Below, piece by piece: positions 26,595 to 35,723 of a stretch of 51,774 nt of DNA. The stretch covers positions 4,438 to 56,211 of the forward strand of contig DANO01000027.1 of NCBI GenBank assembly GCA_002497295.1, given 5' to 3'. Numbering within the stretch: the first letter of the stretch is position 1; each line of letters starts with the position of its first letter. This DNA comes from Euryarchaeota archaeon UBA171 (lineage in GTDB: Archaea > Thermoplasmatota > Poseidoniia > Poseidoniales > Thalassarchaeaceae). Under the pieces are notes generated by a model that had not been told where the DNA came from, did no database searches, and was given only the letters and a program-made list of their open reading frames with translations. A program made the position numbers and the translations under genes.

Positions 26595-26647
26595 CGACGA
26601 TGCTTGACGACCGATCAGCGTGTTAACGGTCTTTCCGACCATGACAG

Positions 26648-28072
26648 GTGATTCCTATGGCCATGGATCCTGATGAAGATGACGAACAAGTAGAGTGGGT
26701 ATCCTACTCAAGCGCCGGATACGGTTCCGGAGAAGAAGGCCTCTGGGAGGATGTTGTTCCAACCGACTCCCCTTCCGAAGAGATAGACTGGTATGATGAA
26801 AATCCCATCGAAGGCGAGTCAATTATTGAATGGGACGCTCCCCCATGCCCAGCTCCCTTGGGAATAGCATACTTGGCCAGAATAGGGTGTTGTGACTTTT
26901 GCCTCCACAGACTCGGTGGTAGGAGGACCGATTCCACCGGTGCTGAAGGAGGCGCCGCCCTCAGAAAAGAGGCTGAGAAAAGGGATCCTGAACTTGCCAA
27001 TCTGGAATCCTCTATCGAATGCCCCACCTGTGAAAATTTGTTAGATGATGTAGGCAATGTCTCAAAGATCATCTCATCGGCCTGCGATGGGATTCAGTTT
27101 TCCACCATGCAGGTTGGCGTGCACATCCCAAAAGATTTGATCGAGGAAGAAGATCGCATACGTTCCAGATATGGTGCACCAGGGAGCAAGCCATTGAAAG
27201 CAGCATTTGTGGAAGAGGTACAAACCAGTACATCAGAGAAGGTAGAAGGTATCGAATTCGTCAGAGAGCGCCCGGATTTAATGGTCTTGATAGATACTTT
27301 GACATTGCGAGTTGATGTTGATGTTCGTCCAGTCTTCCTCTACGGAAGATACAGAAAACTATCCAGAGAGATACCTCAGACAAGATGGCCTTGTAGGGCG
27401 TGCAGGGGTCGTGATGGCGGTTGCGAATCATGTGAATCGACAGGCCTCCAATACCCTGATTCAGTTCAAGATTTGATAGGGAAGCCCATCGCTGAACAAA
27501 TGGACGCTCTGGATACGGCATTCCACGGTATGGGAAGAGAAGATATCGATGTTCGATGCCTAGGCCAGGGGCGACCCTTTGTCCTTGAAGTGAAATCCCC
27601 CAAGAAGAGAATACCTCAATTCGATTCATTGCTAAAGCTGGTTGAGTCTAATGCCAAGGGACGTGTGGAAATCGATTCACTTAGACTATCTGACAGGAAA
27701 GAAGTAGCTAGGATCAAGCAGACCAGATCCGAGAAAAGCTACACTATAAGATTCAAGCCAGAATCAATCGAAGATCCCGAAAAGATCTCTGAAGACATAT
27801 TCGCTCTAGCGGGGACCATGATTGAACAGCAAACACCAAAACGCGTCAGCCACCGAAGAGCCGATCGAAATCGAGTACGACAAGTTGTATCAGTAGATCG
27901 AGTAGATATCGTGGGCGATGAGATGGAAATGACTCTGAGATGTGAAGCTGGAACCTACATCAAAGAATTAGTGCATTCCGATGAAGGAAGAACCATCCCG
28001 TCAGTCACAAGTATCATTGGCGCCCCATGCGAAGTCATCTGGTTAGATGTCGAAGATGTGCATGCAGACTAA
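26648..28072 (+). CDS. pus10: tRNA pseudouridine(54/55) synthase Pus10
   Basis: GRYRKLSREIPQTRW, FHGMGREDIDVR, QQTPKRVSHRRAD, GTYIKELVH; conserved position upstream of rpl21e. Confidence 0.93.
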   Translation: MIPMAMDPDEDDEQVEWVSYSSAGYGSGEEGLWEDVVPTDSPSEEIDWYDENPIEGESIIEWDAPPCPAPLGIAYLARIGCCDFCLHRLGGRRTDSTGAEGGAALRKEAEKRDPELANLESSIECPTCENLLDDVGNVSKIISSACDGIQFSTMQVGVHIPKDLIEEEDRIRSRYGAPGSKPLKAAFVEEVQTSTSEKVEGIEFVRERPDLMVLIDTLTLRVDVDVRPVFLYGRYRKLSREIPQTRWPCRACRGRDGGCESCESTGLQYPDSVQDLIGKPIAEQMDALDTAFHGMGREDIDVRCLGQGRPFVLEVKSPKKRIPQFDSLLKLVESNAKGRVEIDSLRLSDRKEVARIKQTRSEKSYTIRFKPESIEDPEKISEDIFALAGTMIEQQTPKRVSHRRADRNRVRQVVSVDRVDIVGDEMEMTLRCEAGTYIKELVHSDEGRTIPSVTSIIGAPCEVIWLDVEDVHAD

Positions 28073-28148
28073 ATTTCTCTCGGGAGATGAACTTAAACGC
28101 AACTGGTAGGTGGCGGGCTCGCTGATAGCCTCAGGGGGCCCACTGGAC

Positions 28149-28829
28149 ATGAAGAGAAGTCACGGAACTCGTCAAGGGACTCGTTCAATCCTATCTCGTT
28201 CTAAATCTCAGAGAGGCAGAATAAACATCACCAGATCAATCCACTCTTATTCAGAGGGAGACAAGGTATCCATTGTGTTGGATGGCGCGCAGCAAAAAGG
28301 AATGCCTCACCGTCGTTTCCAGGGCGCCACTGGCACCGTCAGGGCAAAACAGGGACGAGCCTTCGTCGTTGATGTTCGTGACAAGAACATGCCCAAGACG
28401 CTAATCGTCAGGCCCGAGCATCTTCGCCCTGCAGACGGCGCTCCAAAACCCGAGATACCACGCCGCCAAGGTCAGAAAGTCAAGGATGAACCCGTGACTG
28501 CTCCTGCACAGGATTCTAAGTCAGAATCAAAGGAAGATAAGAAGAAAGCGGAACTCGAGCGCGTCAAAGAACGTGCCAAGACCATTGACTTCAATGTGCT
28601 TGGTAGGGCTAAGGCTAGCGACAAAGACGATCTCCAAGTAATCAAGGGCGTCGGTCCGTTCATCGAAGAGAAACTGAATGCTTTGGGCATCTACACATAT
28701 TTGCAAATCAGCAAGATGAAGGGTGATCTCGAAGACCAAGTCAATGAGGCCATCGAGTTCTTCCCCGGTCGTGTAAAGCGTGATCAATGGGTGAATCAGG
28801 CCAAGGATCTACTTAACGAAGAGGAGTGA
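28149..28829 (+). CDS. rpl21e: 50S ribosomal protein eL21 with C-terminal HhH (DUF4332-like) extension
   Basis: MKRSHGTRQGTR, KGMPHRRFQGATG, KTLIVRPEHL; then about 130 extra aa including DDLQVIKGVGPFIEEKLNALGI. Confidence 0.92.
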   Translation: MKRSHGTRQGTRSILSRSKSQRGRINITRSIHSYSEGDKVSIVLDGAQQKGMPHRRFQGATGTVRAKQGRAFVVDVRDKNMPKTLIVRPEHLRPADGAPKPEIPRRQGQKVKDEPVTAPAQDSKSESKEDKKKAELERVKERAKTIDFNVLGRAKASDKDDLQVIKGVGPFIEEKLNALGIYTYLQISKMKGDLEDQVNEAIEFFPGRVKRDQWVNQAKDLLNEEE

Positions 28830-28834
28830 ATTAG

Positions 28835-29191
28835 ATGTCTGACTCAAATGAATATGTCGATTATGCCAAGGTGAGGGATCTTCTCTTGTCTGCCCAAGAA
28901 CGCCGCCAAGAGCTTTCATACGAGCAACAGATGGCTCTACAGCATTCTGAATGGGCCGCAAGCGCTCAAAGAGGAGGCATAAAGACTGATTCCAAAGTCT
29001 TCCTAGAATTGTCGGCGGCTTTATCTGCGAATGACAAACTCGGCGATCACCCGGACATATGCGCTAAGATAGCCGAGCTAATGCCTCTCAGTGTCCATGC
29101 ACTCCGAGTCATAATAGCCTCGAAGCGGATTGCAATGGATACTTCTGAAGTCGAGTCTGTCCTCGACATCGTACGACAACACGTCCTCTGA
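28835..29191 (+). CDS. rpo4: DNA-directed RNA polymerase subunit Rpo4 (RpoF)
   Basis: ELSYEQQMALQH and AKIAELMP motifs; syntenic between rpl21e and DUF655. Confidence 0.85.
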   Translation: MSDSNEYVDYAKVRDLLLSAQERRQELSYEQQMALQHSEWAASAQRGGIKTDSKVFLELSAALSANDKLGDHPDICAKIAELMPLSVHALRVIIASKRIAMDTSEVESVLDIVRQHVL

Positions 29192-29247
29192 AGTCGATAG
29201 AGCGATTCATCAATGAAATCCCCTTCCGTTCACTAGGGGCCTGACGC

Positions 29248-29811
29248 ATGTTGGACGATCGAGAGGACCAAACTCCCGATGAAATGCAAGCTGAGTCGAT
29301 GGTCAGAGTGCTTTCGGTCATCGAGCGAAGGCCAAGAGGCACGGAGATACACGGACTCACCCACCCAGGACTTTTCCTAGTACGTGCAAAGATCATGCAG
29401 AATGACCCATTGTCGTCTGATGTTGGCTGGATTCCAATGGGAGATCCACGCATAGGACCACTTTCTAGTATAAGGAAAAAGGACATCTCTCTGGACAATG
29501 AGGATGATTTGAATGGGGCCATTGTAGAATCAATAGCAATGGATGAATCAGTGCATCTTTCATTCTTCAATAGAGCACAACCGATATCTTTGAAGATGCA
29601 CTCATACCAACTTCTCCCCGGAATCGGTAAGTCAACAGCCCAACAGTGGGTCTCCAAGAGAGGTTCGATGGGATGGAATGATCTCCAAGGAGTGACTAAT
29701 GCTATCGGTCAAGACGCTTCTGGATTACTAGCCGAGCGATACGCACAAGAAATGGAAGATCCTGCACAGTCTCCCAGATTGATTGATCTCGTGGTACGTG
29801 CTGGGGCTTAG
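29248..29811 (+). CDS. DUF655 family putative RNA-binding protein
   Basis: FFNRAQPISLKMHSYQLLPGIGK; conserved position between rpo4 and rsmA. Confidence 0.85.
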   Translation: MLDDREDQTPDEMQAESMVRVLSVIERRPRGTEIHGLTHPGLFLVRAKIMQNDPLSSDVGWIPMGDPRIGPLSSIRKKDISLDNEDDLNGAIVESIAMDESVHLSFFNRAQPISLKMHSYQLLPGIGKSTAQQWVSKRGSMGWNDLQGVTNAIGQDASGLLAERYAQEMEDPAQSPRLIDLVVRAGA

Positions 29812-29813
29812 TT

Positions 29814-30707
29814 GTGTCTTTCACGAACAAAGATCAAGATCACCCTTCTAGTATAGTTGATAGGTATCTTTCTAGATACAACATAGAACCAAATCTCGGC
29901 CAGAATTTTTTGATAGATCCATCTCCCATACACACATCCATTCAAGCATCATGTGATCTCGGGCTAAGTAACGATTCACATGTCCTCGAAATCGGCCCAG
30001 GCCCAGGCGTCCTATCCATCGAACTTCTCCGTCTAGGATCAAAGCTCACTGCGATAGAAATATCTCAAGATGCATGTGATTTTTTAGAATCAGAATTGAA
30101 TCATGAACAGTTCAATCTAATCAAAGAGGATGCTTTGAGCACTAAGTGGCCAGATGACATAACACATATTGTGGCGAACATACCTTATGGCATCTCTAGC
30201 CCGATTCTTGAAAGAATACAAGATCATCACCAATCAAATCCCCTGGATGGCATCTCGCTACTCGTTCAAAGAGAGTTTGCCCATAGAATGGCTATGAAGA
30301 GCATACCAAAAGACAGAGGCCCATTAGGAATCGCTCTCTGGCTCGATTTTGAATGCGAGATCATCTCAGATGTCCCCTCATCTTCATTCAGACCGCAACC
30401 CGATGTAGCATCATCCATAGTGACCCTTCGTCCTGTTTCTAGAACGGAACTTCAGGGCGTAAGTAGGAAATTAGTCCGAGGGATATCCTCTTGGTGTTTT
30501 GGAAGGCGAAGAAGAAAGATACGCACGTCACTACGAGGTTTTCCTCGGAGGATGCTAAAGATTGGAAAATGGTCATCAGCTGATTGGCTTCAAATATTGA
30601 ACAATTTGGAAAATGAAGGGGGCGAACTCAGGGGATTCATGGACAAACGCCCAGAGGAACTTACGCCCGATCAATGGACGTCTATTTGCCGTATAATTGG
30701 AAGATGA
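29814..30707 (+). CDS. rsmA: 16S rRNA m6(2)A dimethyltransferase KsgA/Dim1
   Basis: LGQNFLID, VLEIGPGPG, VANIPYGISS, FRPQPDVAS, RPEELT. Confidence 0.93.
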   Translation: MSFTNKDQDHPSSIVDRYLSRYNIEPNLGQNFLIDPSPIHTSIQASCDLGLSNDSHVLEIGPGPGVLSIELLRLGSKLTAIEISQDACDFLESELNHEQFNLIKEDALSTKWPDDITHIVANIPYGISSPILERIQDHHQSNPLDGISLLVQREFAHRMAMKSIPKDRGPLGIALWLDFECEIISDVPSSSFRPQPDVASSIVTLRPVSRTELQGVSRKLVRGISSWCFGRRRRKIRTSLRGFPRRMLKIGKWSSADWLQILNNLENEGGELRGFMDKRPEELTPDQWTSICRIIGR

Positions 30708-30743
30708 TCGAAAATCAGGTTTACCGTGACTTGAAATTCAACC

Positions 30744-30792
30744 CCCCTCTCCGCAAGGCGTCGGGACGGCCTAGCCGAACCTTCGAGAGGGG
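30744..30792 (+). promoter_or_regulatory. Stem-loop overlapping the SD-like sequence of the downstream gene
   Basis: CCCCTCTC (30744-51) pairs with GAGAGGGG (30785-92); AAGG/CCTT and CGGC/GCCG pair inside; ATG at 30798. Confidence 0.5.
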
Positions 30793-30797
30793 ATTAA

Positions 30798-31895
30798 ATG
30801 GCAAAGAAGGATACCTATCTAGCACTGCTTAGAAGAGGTATAGATGAGACCACTTCTCAACTTCTATCAGAATCTGGTTTGAAAATCGGAGACCTCAAGA
30901 AACTTGATGAAGAAAAACTGGTCAACAATTACGGTATCAAGAAAGAGATTGCCAAATCTGTTCTTGAGTCTGTTAAATCCGGGCCCAGGGCGTCAAGCAG
31001 ACAGAGATTTATTGCAGATGTGATTACGAAGAGCGGCAAGCCGAAGAAAGTCGACAAAATACAAGAGCAGCGTTTCAAAAGAGAACAGAAAGACCTTCTT
31101 CAGCAACTAAATGAAAAGCGAGAAGAACAGCGAATAGCAAGAGTCGAATCCTTTAGGAATAAGAAACTAGTAATGAACAGATTGGGGAAAACAGTTGAGC
31201 TGATCGTCAAATTGGAAACAATCTATGACGAGGAGGCCAAGACCGAGCAACGCTCCAAGTTGAAGGACCAACTCGAGACAAGGGGACTAGAAGCCGCACG
31301 AGATCATGAGATGTTGGAGTTGGACGGCACTCCACAAGATATTGTAGATTTCAGAAGGAAAATAGCACCAATACTATGTCTCCATGCATGCCCACATTGC
31401 GGCGATGAAATGGATCCACGTGGGTCATCTGTAATCGATGATATCCGTGATTACAAGTTCGTGTGCTGGGAGTGCGAAGAAGAGTTCCATGTCGATCTCG
31501 CTACTAACATAGCTGAACGACTTGAGGATCCAGAGGCCTGGATCAAGATTGATCCAAAACGAGGCCCTCGAGATCCTGTCGCTTCACCGCCCACTAAGGC
31601 GAGTGCAGATGCCATTGCCGATTTGATGATACAAGAGATCAAGGCCACTGGCGCCGCAGCCACCGAGATAATAGCATCAACAGAAGCCAGCAATATCTCA
31701 GGAACACTCATGAGCATCGATGATTGGATTGATGAGACACTCTCTGCCAAAGGATACATACAGGCTCAAGAGCATCGTGAAGATTTCATCATAGCGACAG
31801 GAGCAGGAGCAACCAAGTTCAACAAGTGGATGAAGAAGGCAGGCCTTTACTTCAACAAACAGTCCGGCAAGTGGACTAGATGGGAAGATCGCTGA
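30798..31895 (+). CDS. Hypothetical protein: HhH-like N-terminus, coiled coil, CxxC...CxxC Zn ribbon
   Basis: 365-aa ORF with SD-like GAGGGG; GIDETTSQLLSESG...YGIKKEIAKSVL; CPHC...CWEC. Confidence 0.75.
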   Translation: MAKKDTYLALLRRGIDETTSQLLSESGLKIGDLKKLDEEKLVNNYGIKKEIAKSVLESVKSGPRASSRQRFIADVITKSGKPKKVDKIQEQRFKREQKDLLQQLNEKREEQRIARVESFRNKKLVMNRLGKTVELIVKLETIYDEEAKTEQRSKLKDQLETRGLEAARDHEMLELDGTPQDIVDFRRKIAPILCLHACPHCGDEMDPRGSSVIDDIRDYKFVCWECEEEFHVDLATNIAERLEDPEAWIKIDPKRGPRDPVASPPTKASADAIADLMIQEIKATGAAATEIIASTEASNISGTLMSIDDWIDETLSAKGYIQAQEHREDFIIATGAGATKFNKWMKKAGLYFNKQSGKWTRWEDR

Positions 31896-31900
31896 ACGAC

Positions 31901-32098
31901 ATGGTTGATTTACAAGATCCAAAAATTTTAGCGATCATCATTTTCGATATAATCGGAATCGGTGCGTTTGTATGGTTCTTATCCAGTAGGCTCTCTCTGA
32001 AATTAAGAGTCATTGAGCAAAGAAGAGAAAAGAAACGGAAACAAATCCTCCAAACAGAGGGAAAGAATCACTCCGATGAAGATACGATCAATCGTTAA
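31901..32098 (+). CDS. Small single-TM protein with basic C-terminal segment
   Basis: MVDLQDPKILAIIIFDIIGIGAFVWFLSSR...RREKKRK; starts 5 nt after the upstream stop. Confidence 0.6.
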   Translation: MVDLQDPKILAIIIFDIIGIGAFVWFLSSRLSLKLRVIEQRREKKRKQILQTEGKNHSDEDTINR

Positions 32099-32136
32099 TC
32101 AAACACCAAGAAGACATGGAAACGACTGCTACTGCA

Positions 32137-32430
32137 CTAAGATAGAGCAGCATTCCACTCCGAGGATCCTGGAATATCCACAATCTCGAATTTAACGGAA
32201 GAAACCCCTCTTTGATTGCCAATTTCCTCTTTCAGTAGGAGTAGATCATGAAGGCAACACGGACAGTGTGCCATCTTCGGCTTCAACCATATCTTCACGC
32301 CCCCCTCATCACTTATCGAAAGCCTACGAACTATCGCTTCATCATTCATCGAATACCCATGCGGGTCGGTTCTTTCTTTCAAAATACGTGCAAGACTTCT
32401 GGCCGCGAAATCTCTCGTCTTCCCTGACAT
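32137..32430 (-). CDS. DUF59/MIP18-like Fe-S assembly domain protein
   Basis: DPHGYSMNDEAIVRRL, AHCPCC, GVSSVKFEI resemble the DUF59 pattern; 1 nt from the peptidase stop. Confidence 0.6.
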   Translation of the reverse strand: MSGKTRDFAARSLARILKERTDPHGYSMNDEAIVRRLSISDEGGVKIWLKPKMAHCPCCLHDLLLLKEEIGNQRGVSSVKFEIVDIPGSSEWNAALS

Positions 32431-32431
32431 A

Positions 32432-33676
32432 TTACCACTCTACATGTAGTGGGAAAGATTTGCCAGAGGTCAGACACTCAAGCCCATCCTTCCCTGAAAC
32501 CCATGTGTCTTCCGTCCCCACTGCTCCATCATCGTATACCACTTTAGGTTCTATTGCCATGATGCACCCTTCATGCATCGGCCTGTCAAAACCATTAGCT
32601 AGAACTGGTGACTCGTCCAACTCCAAACCAACAGAATGACCAAGAAATTTTGCTTGATGCGGCCTCATTCCCATGAGGTGCTCTGCATGCCCCATTTCAA
32701 TAGCAAGATCCCTCCCTAATTCCCAGGCTTCGGAGCAGGTTCCACCAGAGCCAAGATTATTCACTATCGAATCTCTAATTTCAACCATGTCATTCAATCT
32801 CTCATTCCAAATTTCAGGTAGGCTACCAGAGCTAAACATCCTCGTGCAGTCTGAAATGTATCCTCGGTGCACATGGACGATATCTACCAAAACCGGAACC
32901 TCTTCTTCTATGCGTCTGTGACCCGAACCAAGGGGTGCCATCGGATTCGCACCAGAACCCCCTATTGCCGAATCGAAGAATGAGGGAACCCCCCCCGAAC
33001 GTCCAGCAGCAACAACCGCCCTGTCACAATCCATCGGCCAACGCCTCATTCTGATACGCCCACCAAACCCTCTTTTCCGACTCACTTCTTCAGCGACTGA
33101 TGCCACATCTAACTCAGTTACTCCATTCCCACATCTTTCAGCCACTGCAAGAAACATCTCATGATTCACATGTCCGGATTTTCGAATCTGATCAATCTCC
33201 CATGAACTCTTAGTTTCCCTAAGTCGATGAAGTATCTTAGAAGCATCTTCTTTACTATCTTCAAATCCTGAAAGACACTTCGAAAGGTATCTCTTTCGAG
33301 AATAGGGCAGCGTTGAATCCAACATTGCTGGAGTCCTGGTGACTCCTATTGATCTGAACCCCTTTTCCAAATCTGCTGATCTATGTTGTTGAATAACAGG
33401 ATCTGGAGAATCACTCCCTCCAGATTCCCAAATAGCCCTTGGAAGTGATTTCTTCACTAAATGGGTGGTTTCCACATCGGAGCCAGATGCTCCTATTACG
33501 AGTATGCCGCTCTGCCTCCCCCCAGTTAGCCAGTATAACTCAACGGGATCTTCTACCATAACGGATTCATATCCGGCCTCTGCTAGAGCCTCAGAAACCC
33601 TCCTCCTTCGATCAGTCAGTTCAGATACGGGAACGCGCCAGTCTTCACCTTCCGGCCCGCTCAGATCGAAGTCCAT
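32432..33676 (-). CDS. Xaa-Pro peptidase family (M24) protein
   Basis: Metal ligands in VLVDI, YISDCTR, FLGHSVGLELDE, AIEPK and GTEDT. Confidence 0.9.
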   Translation of the reverse strand: MDFDLSGPEGEDWRVPVSELTDRRRRVSEALAEAGYESVMVEDPVELYWLTGGRQSGILVIGASGSDVETTHLVKKSLPRAIWESGGSDSPDPVIQQHRSADLEKGFRSIGVTRTPAMLDSTLPYSRKRYLSKCLSGFEDSKEDASKILHRLRETKSSWEIDQIRKSGHVNHEMFLAVAERCGNGVTELDVASVAEEVSRKRGFGGRIRMRRWPMDCDRAVVAAGRSGGVPSFFDSAIGGSGANPMAPLGSGHRRIEEEVPVLVDIVHVHRGYISDCTRMFSSGSLPEIWNERLNDMVEIRDSIVNNLGSGGTCSEAWELGRDLAIEMGHAEHLMGMRPHQAKFLGHSVGLELDESPVLANGFDRPMHEGCIMAIEPKVVYDDGAVGTEDTWVSGKDGLECLTSGKSFPLHVEW

Positions 33677-33763
33677 ACACCACCGCCTATGCTCGGATGC
33701 ATAGACAGTTCGGATGCATCAATTTCACCACACAGTCAAATCCAAGTGGCCAGAGGGCCCCCT

Positions 33764-35026
33764 GTGCCGAAAGTCCTCGGACTCGACGATATCAAGCTCG
33801 ATGGGCTGAAGATTCTGTATCGTGCAGATCTAAATTTGCCCGTTCACCCTTCCACGAAAGAATTCCTCGACGATACGAGAATTCGAGCAATAGTACCCAC
33901 TCTTCAGAAATTAGAATCATCATCCGTCACAATACTTGCACACCAGTCTAGGCCTGGGAGATTCGACTTTACAAATCTCCAAAGACACGCAAACAGACTC
34001 TCCCAACTCCTCGGCCGACCCGTGGATTTCGTATCCGATGTATGCGGCCCATCAGCAAAGGCTGCAATAGATTCGATGCAGCCAGGCGATATTCTGATGT
34101 TAGATAACGTCAGATTGCATCCGGACGAAAATCTGCTAAAGGGCGAGATAGAGGAACAAGAAACATCTGATATAATACGGAATTTAGAATCTCATTTTGA
34201 TATTTTCGTCAATGACGCATTCGGCGCCGCACATCGATCAACCCCCAGCCTAACGGGATTTACACGTAAACTGCCTTCCGTGGCAGGTGAACTCATGAAG
34301 CGTGAGATTGATGCTCTTTCCATTGCTGTAGAAAATCCACCAAGGCCCTATGTAGCATTGTTGGGCGGGGCCAAAGCTGACGATTCCCTCAGAGTCGCAA
34401 TCAATTTGTTCGAGAGAAACATCGTTGATACAGTGGCATTCCTCGGAGTTGTTGGAAATTTTATGCTGATGGCAGACGGTTTAGACATAGGGAAATCCAA
34501 TGCAGATTTCGCAAGATCACAGGTCGAACCATTCGTTGACGAGACTTCAAAAATGGCTAAACACATACTCTCCAACTATCGGGAAAAGGTAATTCTTCCA
34601 GAAGATCTAGCTATCGAGTTGAACGGATCTAGAGAGCCACTCTCCATTCAGCAACTCCCCACACCACATCCAATCTACGATGTTGGCCTCAGCACTTTGA
34701 TGGGTTTGAGGCCCGTAGTCATGGGCGCATCCTGCGTATTGTGGAACGGACCAGCATCTTATTTCGAGAAACAAAATTTCGCCTTTGGAACTGTAGAGGT
34801 CCTGAATATGTGCATAGAGACCGACGCGATCACAATAATCGGAGGCGGCCATACTAGCGCCTTGGTCGAAGCAAGAGGCGCCTCTAGTCGAGTCACGCAC
34901 AATAGCTCGGGTGGTGGAGCTACTCTAACGATGCTCTCAGGAGGCAGGATGCCCGTTATCGAGGCACTTGAACGATCATTCGAGGCATCTGAAAGCATAC
35001 TCGGAGAACGTGGCCTACTTGTGTGA
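33764..35026 (+). CDS. pgk: Phosphoglycerate kinase
   Basis: RADLNLP, LAHQSRPG, FVNDAFGAAHRS, LGGAKADD, WNGP, IGGGHT. Start uncertain (ORF open from 33689). Confidence 0.93.
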   Translation: MPKVLGLDDIKLDGLKILYRADLNLPVHPSTKEFLDDTRIRAIVPTLQKLESSSVTILAHQSRPGRFDFTNLQRHANRLSQLLGRPVDFVSDVCGPSAKAAIDSMQPGDILMLDNVRLHPDENLLKGEIEEQETSDIIRNLESHFDIFVNDAFGAAHRSTPSLTGFTRKLPSVAGELMKREIDALSIAVENPPRPYVALLGGAKADDSLRVAINLFERNIVDTVAFLGVVGNFMLMADGLDIGKSNADFARSQVEPFVDETSKMAKHILSNYREKVILPEDLAIELNGSREPLSIQQLPTPHPIYDVGLSTLMGLRPVVMGASCVLWNGPASYFEKQNFAFGTVEVLNMCIETDAITIIGGGHTSALVEARGASSRVTHNSSGGGATLTMLSGGRMPVIEALERSFEASESILGERGLLV

Positions 35027-35103
35027 TGGAGCCACTGGGGAGATTCGAACTCCCGGCCTTCTGATTACGAATCAGACGCTCAACCAGGCTAAGCTACAGT
35101 GGC
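35027..35103 (-). tRNA. tRNA-Thr(CGT), CCA encoded
   Basis: Reverse complement GCCACTG TA GCTT...TCTGA TT CGT AA TCAGA...GGGAG TTCGAAT CTCCC CAGTGGC T CCA folds into a cloverleaf. Confidence 0.95.
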
Positions 35104-35203
35104 AACAAGCCGTCCGTCCGCATTCCCGGAATAAGGAAATCGGTGGCATATTCACCTTTTCGCCGGCACCAAGGTTAACTATGTAGAGTCAAACCGACCT
35201 TGT

Positions 35204-35722
35204 ATGACATTAGAGGGCGAAGCAACCTCTGCACCAGCCGGAACAACGATCGTTTATGCAAATCAGAAGAGTGGTGGGCCAAGGGTTTTCGGGGCCCTAG
35301 CCATGCTTCTCGGAGGTATAGGAGTAATAATGGCGCTGCTCGATATCGCATCTGCTGGCGACAACATAGAACTCTGGGGTGCTGATGAAACATCGTACTC
35401 ATGGTGGTTCTACGTTTCCCCGCTTCTAGCAGCTGTCTCGGGCGGATTGTTCGCCTACGCAGGATTCCTACTATGGAACTACAAGAGGAAGGGCGTATGG
35501 ATGGGCTTCGGTGCCGTCGGAATCAACGTCCTGGATGGCGTCCTTGGTTCAGTCCTAATTGGGATGATCACTGAAGAGGTCGGAGAGGCAGCAGGCGTCG
35601 AGGGACTCGGCGGCCTATTGGCCGGCGCCGGACTCGTTTTCACCGCTATCGGCGCAGTATGTTGCGGACTAATCGTAGCATTACCGCTCCTCATGAACGG
35701 AAACGATCTCGACGACGAGTGA
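35204..35722 (+). CDS. Hypothetical 4-TM membrane protein
   Basis: Four hydrophobic segments; C-terminal AVCCGLIVALPLL. Confidence 0.75.
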   Translation: MTLEGEATSAPAGTTIVYANQKSGGPRVFGALAMLLGGIGVIMALLDIASAGDNIELWGADETSYSWWFYVSPLLAAVSGGLFAYAGFLLWNYKRKGVWMGFGAVGINVLDGVLGSVLIGMITEEVGEAAGVEGLGGLLAGAGLVFTAIGAVCCGLIVALPLLMNGNDLDDE

Positions 35723-35723
35723 A

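Noticed and set aside
26648-30707. pus10-rpl21e-rpo4-DUF655-rsmA gene order as a novelty
   Set aside because: Well-known conserved archaeal neighbourhood; only the eL21 extension is unusual.
35027-35722. Genomic island integrated at tRNA-Thr
   Set aside because: No integrase and no duplicated tRNA 3' end noticed; flanked by housekeeping genes (pgk, PMM/PGM).
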